A stretch of 62,750 nucleotides of DNA, the filler included. It is 3 parts of 3 records of this genome, joined end to end, with 100 filler letters (N's around TTAATTAATTAA, not from the genome) between each part and the next. Parts side by side here need not be neighbours in the genome. Positions count along the whole stretch, not along the records: positions 1 to 26,899 come from SRR22947727_249; 2 more parts are not named here. One strand, 5' to 3'. Positions 1 to 8,309 of the stretch are shown one piece after another. The position numbers and the translations under genes are program-made. How positions within the stretch are numbered: the stretch's first letter is position 1; each line of letters starts with the position of its first letter. The notes under the pieces are model-generated. The model did not search any database. It was given only the letters and a program-made list of their open reading frames with translations, and was not told the DNA's origin.

Positions 1-2
1 AA

Positions 3-1730
3 GGTTATGGTGGCCTAGCATTCTTTAATGAATTTGTTGGTTGGGCTGGTAGCTCTTTTACTGAAACATTTGATGTAGCTAATCCATTTGCTGAAGGCGG
101 TATGGGCTTTACTTGTGCAGAGCTTTTAGCTGCTGGACAAAACCCTCTGGGCACATGTGATGCGCTTTTATTAGATGATGGATCTTTTACACAGTACATG
201 GCTACTGTTGAAGCTATTGCACCAAATACATTTAAAAGAACTCTTCCTATGCAATTAGGTGGATTAATTCAGGATAATCCTGTAATTCAAGAAAGTGTTG
301 CTATTTACGGTAACCTTTTTTATGACATTTCAGATGATACTAAATTAACCATTGGTTACAGAGCTAATGATGATAAGTACGATGACTATTCTATCAATGC
401 TCTAGGAGATGGTACTAACCCTGATTATGTATACAGTCCTGTTTACGATCTATACACATTTGCTGGAACAGTTGAAGCGTCAGATACTGCCTTTAGAACA
501 AAAGGTTCTGATACAGCAGAAACATTTAAGCTTGCTATTCAGCACAATTTAAATGATGACATGATGGTATATGCCTCAATGTCTACAGGTAATAAGCCTG
601 GTGGCTCAACCCCAGATCAGTATGGTAATCCATCAGTATTTGCTCCAGAAACCGTTGATTCATTTGAATTTGGTCTTAGATCAATCTTAATGGATGGCAG
701 ATTGCTAATGAACTTAACTGCTTTTTCAATGGAATTCCAAGATGCTCATACATCACAGGTCGTAGGCTCAGCTGCTATAACAAACAGTTTAGACTACACT
801 CATAATGGATTAGAAGGTCAAATGAAGTTTTTTGTAACAGAGGCAACTTCTATTGATTTTAACTTCCTAGCTCTTGATTCAACAATTGATGATGGAGAAG
901 AGCTATTTAACCCATTAAACCCAAATGGAGCATCTGAAATTCTTGATATATACAATCTTACTGATGAAGACGATGTTGCAAGAATGGCTTTAGCTCTTGA
1001 TGCGCTTGTTGCTGACGGCAGTATTTCTTCCCAATCCTTACAATTACCTAATCCAATTGCTGGAGGAGGCGGTGGTTTAACTTGTGCGCAATTAGCAGCC
1101 CTTGGCTCTGCTGCAGGTGTACCTGGTGTAACCGCTGCAACACTTGGATGTGATGCACTTATTGGAGGCACAGGAGCGTCATATCTAGGTTTATTGACAT
1201 CAAATCCTGATGCAGGTGATTTATTGCCATTCTTAATGTTTGCGTTAACAGATACTGGAATTATTGCTAACTATCAAGGTAGAAACCTATCTGCAGGAAG
1301 ATGGGTTGCTGATAGTGATGCGTTTGCTGGACTTCCATTACCATGGTTAGCAGCTGATTATTTAGTACCTTTAGGAGGAACAAGAACTCCTTTTACTTCA
1401 GAGCTTGATTACAACATTGCTGTAAATCATTCAATGGCTGTTATGTCAGGTATGTTAGACCTTAAGTTAACTTACTCTCATAAAGGAGATAGTAATGGTG
1501 ACTTGTTTGATTCCCCATTAACCTATACTCCAGATCAAGACTATCTTGATTTATATGGAAACTGGACTCCAAATAATGGCGATTACTATGTAGGTTTTTA
1601 TGTTAAAAACTTAGAGGATAGTAGAAACCTCGCAGGATCTAGAACAACCTCAGAAATGGTTGGTGGACCTGCAAACCTATACTTCACTCAGCCTAGAACA
1701 GCTGGTGTGACATTTGGTTTAAATTTCTAA
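3..1730 (+). CDS. TonB-dependent outer-membrane receptor, C-terminal part (5' truncated by window edge)
   Basis: The frame is open from base 3 (GYGGLAFF...). It has beta-barrel TBDR motifs (YASMSTGNKPGG, PETVDSFEFGLRS, YVKNLED, PRTAGVTFGLNF) and a terminal Phe. Confidence 0.92.
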   Translation, partial: GYGGLAFFNEFVGWAGSSFTETFDVANPFAEGGMGFTCAELLAAGQNPLGTCDALLLDDGSFTQYMATVEAIAPNTFKRTLPMQLGGLIQDNPVIQESVAIYGNLFYDISDDTKLTIGYRANDDKYDDYSINALGDGTNPDYVYSPVYDLYTFAGTVEASDTAFRTKGSDTAETFKLAIQHNLNDDMMVYASMSTGNKPGGSTPDQYGNPSVFAPETVDSFEFGLRSILMDGRLLMNLTAFSMEFQDAHTSQVVGSAAITNSLDYTHNGLEGQMKFFVTEATSIDFNFLALDSTIDDGEELFNPLNPNGASEILDIYNLTDEDDVARMALALDALVADGSISSQSLQLPNPIAGGGGGLTCAQLAALGSAAGVPGVTAATLGCDALIGGTGASYLGLLTSNPDAGDLLPFLMFALTDTGIIANYQGRNLSAGRWVADSDAFAGLPLPWLAADYLVPLGGTRTPFTSELDYNIAVNHSMAVMSGMLDLKLTYSHKGDSNGDLFDSPLTYTPDQDYLDLYGNWTPNNGDYYVGFYVKNLEDSRNLAGSRTTSEMVGGPANLYFTQPRTAGVTFGLNF

Positions 1731-1744
1731 AATAGTATAAATTT

Positions 1745-1774
1745 AAAAAGCCCAGTTATACTGGGCTTTTTTTT
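1745..1774 (+). terminator. Rho-independent terminator after the TBDR
   Basis: AAAAAGCCCAG-TTATA-CTGGGCTTTTTTTT: a GC-rich stem plus U8 tract, 15 nt after the stop codon. Confidence 0.9.
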
Positions 1775-1787
1775 ACTCAAAATAAAT

Positions 1788-2261
1788 ATGTTTTCATTAC
1801 CTTACAAATCAGATGTTATTCATGTAACTCAAGATATGTGTGATCACAATGGCCACATGAATGTCACTTATTATTACAAGCTGTTTGATAGTGTTTATAC
1901 CTCTATGTATATTGAAAAATTAGGCTTTGATGATGAGTATTTAAAGAGTGGATTTTCAACCTTTACATTAGAAGATAGTATTAGATATTTAAAAGAATTT
2001 AAACTCAATGATCCCATTCATCCATCTTTTTATTTAAATAATGTTAATAAAAAGTTATTACACTTTGTAGGAGTATTGCAGAATAAAGAAGGAGAACTGG
2101 CGGCTATATTTGAGACTGTTTTAGGTCATATTAATCTTGATGCAAGAAAAGTAACAGAATTTGATGATAAAAGACTAAATGATCTCTTAGCTTACAAAGA
2201 ATTAAATACAATTAATGAGCAACTTCCATTTGAGTTAAGGTTAAAAATAAAAGATTTGTAG
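1788..2261 (+). CDS. Hotdog-fold acyl-CoA thioesterase (4HBT/FcbC-like)
   Basis: CDHNGHMNVTYY motif, FTLE..IRYLKE strand, 157 aa. Confidence 0.85.
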   Translation: MFSLPYKSDVIHVTQDMCDHNGHMNVTYYYKLFDSVYTSMYIEKLGFDDEYLKSGFSTFTLEDSIRYLKEFKLNDPIHPSFYLNNVNKKLLHFVGVLQNKEGELAAIFETVLGHINLDARKVTEFDDKRLNDLLAYKELNTINEQLPFELRLKIKDL

Positions 2262-3266
2262 ATGTTTGTTAATTTTAAAAAGGTTTTGTTTTTTATATGC
2301 TTTTTTATCTCATCGATATATGCAGAGACTTTAAGTGTTATGACTTTAAATGTTGAAAATCTTTTTGACACATTCGATGATTTAAAAAAAGATGATAAAG
2401 CATTTTTACCCATAGAGAAAAAGTTAACTGATCAACATATTAATCAATGTAAACGAATTAGGGTTATTGATTGGAAAAATGAATGCCTTTATCTTGACTG
2501 GAATCAAGAAGCAAAAAATGCAAAATTAGCAAACGTAGCTAAAATTATTCTTTCATATAAAAACCATGGTGCAGATATCATTGCACTTCAAGAGGTAGAG
2601 AATATTAATATTCTCAATGAGTTATTTATCCTTTTAAAACCATATGGTTATATTGGTATATCATTACTAGAAAATACTGATAGAAGGGGTATTGATGCAG
2701 CATTCATTTCAAAATATGAAATTAGAAACCCCAAACTACATAAGTATAAAACTTCATTTAAAGATAAAACAATTAGAGCAAGACCTATATTTGAAATAGA
2801 TTTAGTTTTTAATAACAAAATTATAAAATTTTATAACTTGCACTTGCCATCTAATTTTTATCCAATTGAGGTGAGGATTAATTCACTTAATGTCCTAAAT
2901 GAGCTTGCTAGTAAACACAGTCATCCATCTATTGCTTTGGGTGATTTTAATATCTCATCAAAAGATGATCATAAATTTGAGGTATACAAAAGCCAAGAAA
3001 AGAATTGGTATGTTGCTCACAGAGAAGGTTGCAAGACATGCAAAGGAACATATTATTACAGCAAGGATAAAACATGGAGTTATTTAGATAGTATTTTGGT
3101 TTTTAAAGACAGAAACATTGAATTTAATAAAGCTAGCATCAGCGTATTAAGAACGCCTTTAAATGCAGATATTTTATCAGGAAAACCTATGAGCTTTGAT
3201 CCAATAGAAAAAAAGGGGGTTTCAGATCATCTACCGATGGTTGCTGAGCTTGTTATTAGTTATTAA
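2262..3266 (+). CDS. Secreted endonuclease/exonuclease/phosphatase (EEP) family protein
   Basis: N-terminal signal-like hydrophobic stretch; NVENLFD, DIIALQEVEN, GDFN, YLD and SDH catalytic motifs. Confidence 0.88.
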   Translation: MFVNFKKVLFFICFFISSIYAETLSVMTLNVENLFDTFDDLKKDDKAFLPIEKKLTDQHINQCKRIRVIDWKNECLYLDWNQEAKNAKLANVAKIILSYKNHGADIIALQEVENINILNELFILLKPYGYIGISLLENTDRRGIDAAFISKYEIRNPKLHKYKTSFKDKTIRARPIFEIDLVFNNKIIKFYNLHLPSNFYPIEVRINSLNVLNELASKHSHPSIALGDFNISSKDDHKFEVYKSQEKNWYVAHREGCKTCKGTYYYSKDKTWSYLDSILVFKDRNIEFNKASISVLRTPLNADILSGKPMSFDPIEKKGVSDHLPMVAELVISY

Positions 3267-3339
3267 TTTTACTATTAAAGAATTAACAATTATTAATATT
3301 TTTTTTCAATCTTTCAATTTTAAGTTATAAAAGAATAGC

Positions 3340-3738
3340 TCAAGCTCTCCAGCCACCCCTATCAAATATTCTTAAATAGGTGAGCTGATCATGTTCTGAG
3401 AGATTTATAACTTTACAATAATCTCCAGATTGAACGAGAACAACATCTCCAGCAGTCAAATCATAAGAGTCTTTATGCTCAACTCCATAAGATGGATCTG
3501 AGCCATGACCTTCATCAGAGTTCATATATTCTACGACCTCCATCGAGCCTCTGCCATTAGTTATTACATAAACAACATCTGAATCAATTAATTTGTGACC
3601 TTGTGTAGATTTACCTGGTTGTATAACAGTCTTACTAGCTATAACTCTTTCTAATAGATCATTAGTCCAGACCGCATAGTCTTCATTAACATTGTGTGGG
3701 GAGCCGCCAACTCTAAAATTATTATATTTTTTTGCCAT
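3340..3738 (-). CDS. Cupin-domain protein with degenerate metal ligands
   Basis: Cupin motif 1 (IQPGKSTQGH...VVYVITNGRG) and motif 2 (LTAGDVVLVQSGDYCKVIN). Confidence 0.75.
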   Translation of the reverse strand: MAKKYNNFRVGGSPHNVNEDYAVWTNDLLERVIASKTVIQPGKSTQGHKLIDSDVVYVITNGRGSMEVVEYMNSDEGHGSDPSYGVEHKDSYDLTAGDVVLVQSGDYCKVINLSEHDQLTYLRIFDRGGWRA

Positions 3739-3826
3739 AGTTTTTTGTTTTTCTATAATTATAGTTATTTAAATAAAACATGCTAGTAAATAGTGTCACG
3801 GTCTGTTGTTATTGATGGATATAAAA

Positions 3827-3832
3827 TATAAT
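3827..3832 (+). promoter_or_regulatory. Putative sigma70 -10 element for the metY leader
   Basis: Perfect TATAAT ending 6 nt before the riboswitch P1 stem; a weak -35 (TTGTTA) lies at 3806-3811. Confidence 0.55.
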
Positions 3833-3837
3833 GATAA

Positions 3838-3885
3838 CGCGCTTTTTGATATCAGCTTGCCGGCGCTAAAAAATAGGCTAAAGAG
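3838..3885 (+). ncRNA. SAM-II (SAM-II/SAM-V clan) riboswitch aptamer upstream of metY
   Basis: P1 is GCGCU 3839-43 with GGCGC 3862-66. A U-run sits in the loop. UUGCC 3857-61 can form a pseudoknot with GGCUAAAG 3876-83, with an A-rich linker between. This matches the SAM-II layout (GCGC..UUU..UUGC..GCGC..AAA..GCUAAA) and lies directly before a Met-biosynthesis gene. Confidence 0.82.
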
Positions 3886-3944
3886 AACATATAATTATCT
3901 TCTCTCAGTTGATGTTTTAATATTTAATTAATTAAGGAAACATT

Positions 3945-5237
3945 ATGAGTAAAACATACACAAACCCAGAAACCATTGGACTTCATGCAGGATGGAGGAA
4001 AGATGAAAATACTAATTCAGTAGCAGTGCCAATTCATCAAACTACCAGTTTTCAATTTGACGACACAGAACATGCAGCAAACTTATTTGCTTTATCAGAG
4101 CTTGGCAATATCTACTCTAGAATAATGAATCCAACATGTGCAGTTTTAGAAGATAGGATAGCTGCTTTAGAAGGCGGAGTAGGAGCTTTGGCAGTTGCAT
4201 CTGGTCAGGCTGCTTCAGCTTATGCAATTCAAAATATAGCAAAGAATGGTGACAATATAGTTGCTTCAGCTCATCTTTATGGAGGAACATATAATCAGTT
4301 TAAAAATGTTTTTTCTGACATGGGTATTGAGGTAAGGTTTGTTGATCCTTCAGATCCTCAAAATTTTGCTAATGCAACTGATGATAAGACTAGAGCATAC
4401 TATGGTGAGGTTTTACCTAATCCAAGTTTTAAAGTATTTCCAATATCTGAAGTAGCGGAAATAGGAAGGCCTCTTGGCATTCCTTTGATAGTTGATAATA
4501 CAGCGGCTCCAGTTATTTGTAAGCCATTCGATCATGGCGCAGCAATTTTAATTCATTCAACAACAAAATTTATTGGTGGTCATGGAACATCAATCGGTGG
4601 AATTATTGTTGATAGTGGTAATTTTGATTGGGAAGCTTTTCCAGAAAGACAGCCTGCATTGAATAATCCTGACCCATCTTATGGTGGTGCAATTTGGACA
4701 GAAGCAGTAAAGCCTTTAGGTCCAATTGCTTACATACTGAAAGCTAGAACAACTATTTTAAGAGATATGGGTGCTGCTATGAGCCCATTTAATGCTTTTA
4801 TGTTTATTCAGGGTCTTGAAACGTTAGCTCTTAGAATGAGAGAGCACTCTAGCAACGCTGAAAAAGTAGCAGAATATCTTTCAAACCATGATTCTGTTGA
4901 AAGTGTAAGTTATCCATCACACATGGAAGGTTACGCAAAAGAAAGAGCAGATAAATATCTATCGAAAGGTAATGGGGGGCTTATGGGTTTTGAAATAAAA
5001 GGCGGTATAGAGGCAGGTAAGAAATTTATCAATGCTTTAGAGATGGTCTACCATGTTGCAAACATTGGTGACTCACGAAGCTTGGCAATTCATCCTGGCA
5101 GCACAACGCATAGTCAGCTTAATGAAGAGGAATTATTAGCTGCTGGTATTACACCAGGCTATGTAAGGCTTTCTATTGGATTAGAGCATATTGATGACAT
5201 CATTGCTGACTTTGAACAAGCTTTAGCAAAGATATAG
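3945..5237 (+). CDS. metY: O-acetylhomoserine aminocarboxypropyltransferase (sulfhydrylase)
   Basis: PIHQTTSF, GNIYSRIMNPT, ASGQAA, PLP-lysine motif HSTTKFIGGHG, HVANIGD, HPGSTTHSQL. Confidence 0.95.
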   Translation: MSKTYTNPETIGLHAGWRKDENTNSVAVPIHQTTSFQFDDTEHAANLFALSELGNIYSRIMNPTCAVLEDRIAALEGGVGALAVASGQAASAYAIQNIAKNGDNIVASAHLYGGTYNQFKNVFSDMGIEVRFVDPSDPQNFANATDDKTRAYYGEVLPNPSFKVFPISEVAEIGRPLGIPLIVDNTAAPVICKPFDHGAAILIHSTTKFIGGHGTSIGGIIVDSGNFDWEAFPERQPALNNPDPSYGGAIWTEAVKPLGPIAYILKARTTILRDMGAAMSPFNAFMFIQGLETLALRMREHSSNAEKVAEYLSNHDSVESVSYPSHMEGYAKERADKYLSKGNGGLMGFEIKGGIEAGKKFINALEMVYHVANIGDSRSLAIHPGSTTHSQLNEEELLAAGITPGYVRLSIGLEHIDDIIADFEQALAKI

Positions 5238-5244
5238 AATAATT

Positions 5245-5778
5245 TTGAATCAAGAATTAGTTACTTATATAGTTCTTGGCTCAAAAACTAGGCTTAAAGA
5301 GACGAAACTGCCTGTCAAAAATAAATACGAAGAGTATCTTCGTCTTAATTTTGATTCAAAAGAAAATATAGTTAAAACTCTTGATGACTTGATTACTCTA
5401 TCTAAGGGTGAGTTGATTGTATTACTGCCGCCATCTTCTTTTCCAAATACTCAAGCCAAAGAGGCGCTTAAAAAAATAGCTTTAATAGGCTTGTCATCCT
5501 GGGGATGGTTTGAGTTTAGTTTAAAAAGAAAAAATTTTTTGCAAAATGTAAAAAAGATTAATACCTTAATAAGAAGTATTCCAGATCTAGAACAAGGAAT
5601 TTATTTTTCTAAGAGTTTATATTTTTCAGTCGGAGGAATTGGATCATTTAACACAGCGCCATTCTCTGAAATTGCAAAAAGACTATATTCAAGAATTGAT
5701 CCGCAAAAACCTCTTTCACCACTTATAATAAGAACAAAAAATCTTACACTAGATTTATACAATGCAGCCAAAAGTTAA
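5245..5778 (+). CDS. Degenerate GT2-like protein (resembles the TIGR04283 family)
   Basis: IPDLEQGIYFSKSLYFSVGG resembles the GDQGxFxxxxxFxxxGG motif; the DxD position appears replaced (LLPPSSFP). TTG start. Confidence 0.5.
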   Translation: MNQELVTYIVLGSKTRLKETKLPVKNKYEEYLRLNFDSKENIVKTLDDLITLSKGELIVLLPPSSFPNTQAKEALKKIALIGLSSWGWFEFSLKRKNFLQNVKKINTLIRSIPDLEQGIYFSKSLYFSVGGIGSFNTAPFSEIAKRLYSRIDPQKPLSPLIIRTKNLTLDLYNAAKS

Positions 5779-6340
5779 AGCAACAAATCTAAGCTATAAA
5801 ATTAATGAAAAGAAATTATTTCAAAATATTTCCTTTGAGCTTATGGCAGGAAAAGCTATTCATATACAGGGAGATAATGGTTCTGGTAAGACAACTCTTT
5901 TAAAAATTATATGCGGCTTAACAAATCAAGTTAAGGGTGAAATAGAAAAAAAACTTGATAAACAGATATGTTTTTTAGGACATAAAAACGCCTTAAAACA
6001 GTATCTTACAGTAGAGGAAAACTTATCGCTCCTTAATATAATTAATCACCCAGACCTCAAACAGCACCTTATTGAATTTGGATTAGATAAAAGTCTTGAT
6101 ATAAATCTATCAAGCCTGTCTTTTGGTCAGCAAAAGAAGATTGCTCTATTAAGAGTTTTTTTAAATGATTCAGATCTAATTCTTCTAGATGAGCCATGTG
6201 TAGGCCTAGATACTCAATCTCAAAATTACTTATGCAGATTCTTAAATGATGAGTTAGAGCATAGAAAATCAATTTTGTTTTCTTCACATATTTCCTTAGA
6301 TATCAATTCAGAAAAATTAAATTTAAGCGACCAAGTATGA
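5762..6340 (+). CDS. ccmA: Heme export ABC ATPase CcmA
   Basis: Walker A GDNGSGKTT, GHKNALK, LSFGQQKK, LLDEP; first gene of the ccm operon. Confidence 0.93.
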   Translation: MQPKVKATNLSYKINEKKLFQNISFELMAGKAIHIQGDNGSGKTTLLKIICGLTNQVKGEIEKKLDKQICFLGHKNALKQYLTVEENLSLLNIINHPDLKQHLIEFGLDKSLDINLSSLSFGQQKKIALLRVFLNDSDLILLDEPCVGLDTQSQNYLCRFLNDELEHRKSILFSSHISLDINSEKLNLSDQV

Positions 6341-6984
6341 ATATAATAAAATTTGAATTACTCAAACTTAGAAATAAATCTAGAGGATGGCTTGGACCTA
6401 TTTTGGTATTTATTTTAATAATGGTTGCTTTCCCCTTGACTGTTGAAATATCTAATAAAGATTTAGATCAGTCATTTTTTGCAGTTTTATGGATAGCGGT
6501 TCTTCTTGTAATGATGCTAGCAACTGAAGATATTTTTTTAGAAGATTTTAATGATGGTTCTTTGGAGCAGTTTGCAATTTCAGACATTAGTTTTCCATAT
6601 ATTATATCTGTGAAGATTTTTATTTATTGGCTATTAATAGGAGTGCCTATATCCATTATTGGGTCTTTGTTTTGTTTGGGTTTTACTAACTCAGGAAATC
6701 TTGCTATTAATATCTTTCCTATTTTGCTCATAACATCATATATATTTATTAATGTTTTTAGTTTTGGTAATGCCTTAAGTCTTACAAAGGGGTCTGTTCT
6801 TGGCACCCTAGTAACATTACCGTTATTACTTCCATTGCTAATTGTTTTGGGGAAAGCTGTTATTTCTATTAATCTTAATTTAAATTATTTAGGTTTTGTT
6901 GCTCTGCTTTTAGGCGTCTTATCGATTATAATATTCTTAATTCCATTAATTATTTCTTATATTATTAGAGCTCACTTAGAATAA
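6337..6984 (+). CDS. ccmB: Heme exporter membrane protein CcmB
   Basis: Polytopic membrane protein with the FLEDFNDGSLEQ motif and LPLLLP. Confidence 0.92.
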   Translation: MNIIKFELLKLRNKSRGWLGPILVFILIMVAFPLTVEISNKDLDQSFFAVLWIAVLLVMMLATEDIFLEDFNDGSLEQFAISDISFPYIISVKIFIYWLLIGVPISIIGSLFCLGFTNSGNLAINIFPILLITSYIFINVFSFGNALSLTKGSVLGTLVTLPLLLPLLIVLGKAVISINLNLNYLGFVALLLGVLSIIIFLIPLIISYIIRAHLE

Positions 6985-7010
6985 TTTTTGGTCATAGAGA
7001 ATATCTTATT

Positions 7011-7742
7011 GTGATAAAAAAATTTATACATCAATTTGCTTCGCCTAAGACCTACATGTATCAGGTAGATAGGGCTTATTCGTATATTTTCTATGTCTCA
7101 TTGGTATTGTATTTGGTTTCTATTTTTTGGGGCCTATTTGTTACTCCAGAAGACTTTGTTCAAGGTAATTCTTACAGGATTATTTATCTTCATGTACCTG
7201 CTTCTTTTATTTCTCAATCCTTGTATATTGCAATGGCGATAGCCAGCGCTATTTTTCTTATATGGAAAGTTAAACTTTCAGCATATCTAGTAAGATCCAT
7301 AGCTCCTATTGGTGCAATTACTACATTTATAGCGCTAATTTCAGGATCTATATGGGGCATACCCACATGGGGAACTTGGTGGGTTTGGGATGCAAGAATT
7401 GTGTCTACTTTGATACTATTTATTATGTATCTTGGCTTAATATCTTTGCATGATTCCTTTAGTAATCACGAAAAAGCAGATAAGTTTCTTTCAATATTAG
7501 TTCTTGTTGGCTCAGTAAATATACCAATCATTAAAATGTCTGTGGAGTGGTGGAGCACCCTTCATCAGCCTGCATCAATAACAATATCAGATAAACCTGC
7601 TATAGATTTAGTCATGTTGTATCCATTATTTGGTTCAATAGTTGGTTTTGCTGGAATAGTTGCGTGCTTAGTTATTCTTTCATCTAAATTACAGATACTG
7701 CGAAGAGAAAGAAATAAATCATGGATAAAAAACTATGTTTAA
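7011..7742 (+). CDS. ccmC: Heme exporter CcmC
   Basis: RIIYLHVP, WWD domain GSIWGIPTWGTWWVWDAR, SVEWWSTLHQ. Confidence 0.96.
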   Translation: MIKKFIHQFASPKTYMYQVDRAYSYIFYVSLVLYLVSIFWGLFVTPEDFVQGNSYRIIYLHVPASFISQSLYIAMAIASAIFLIWKVKLSAYLVRSIAPIGAITTFIALISGSIWGIPTWGTWWVWDARIVSTLILFIMYLGLISLHDSFSNHEKADKFLSILVLVGSVNIPIIKMSVEWWSTLHQPASITISDKPAIDLVMLYPLFGSIVGFAGIVACLVILSSKLQILRRERNKSWIKNYV

Positions 7743-7908
7743 TTTTGAATTTAATTCTTTGGCTGAGGCTTTTTTAATGCAAAGTCAAAACGGTCAAAAT
7801 CATGGTATTTTTGTTTGGTCTGTACTCATAATTGTTTTCGTATCCATTTTAGCTACATTTATTTTCTATAAAATGAGTATTAAAAAAATCACTAAGAAAT
7901 TAAAATGA
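7735..7908 (+). CDS. ccmD: Heme exporter protein CcmD (not in the supplied ORF track)
   Basis: Hand translation gives a 57-aa ORF, MFNFEFNSLAEAFLMQSQNGQNHGIFVWSVLIIVFVSILATFIFYKMSIKKITKKLK: one TM helix plus a basic tail. It overlaps the ccmC stop and the ccmE start (ATGA). Confidence 0.85.
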   Translation: MFNFEFNSLAEAFLMQSQNGQNHGIFVWSVLIIVFVSILATFIFYKMSIKKITKKLK

Positions 7909-8309
7909 AAGCTATTAGAAAACAAAGATTAATAACAGTTTTATTAATTTTAGCTACCTCAGCAACTGGCTCATTTTTAATTATTCGTGCTCTTGATTCT
8001 AATCTAGATTTTTTCTTTACACCCTCTGAAATATTTAAAGAAGAAATACCTAACAACAAAAGAATTAAAGTTGGCGGTATGGTTTTAGAAGGCTCTGTTC
8101 TTAGAGACAAGACAAATATTTCTTTTGTAATAACAGATTATCAGGGATCAATAAATGTTGAGTTTGATGGCATTGTCCCAGATTTGTTTAAAGAGGGTAG
8201 CGGTGTTGTTGTTGTTGGCTATTTAAGAGATAAAACTCTAGTAGCAGAGGATGTTTTAGCAAAACATGATGAAAATTACATGCCTCCAAGCATCGATATA
8301 AAAAATTAA
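7905..8309 (+). CDS. ccmE: Heme chaperone CcmE
   Basis: VGGMV.EGS, GIVPDLFKEG, heme-binding LAKHDENYMPP. Confidence 0.96.
   Translation: MKAIRKQRLITVLLILATSATGSFLIIRALDSNLDFFFTPSEIFKEEIPNNKRIKVGGMVLEGSVLRDKTNISFVITDYQGSINVEFDGIVPDLFKEGSGVVVVGYLRDKTLVAEDVLAKHDENYMPPSIDIKN

Noticed and set aside
3924-3935. TTAATTAATTAA identical to the contig-linker core, just upstream of the metY RBS
   Set aside because: It is not flanked by Ns and sits in a coherent AT-rich leader between the riboswitch and the SD, so it is most likely a natural chance match.
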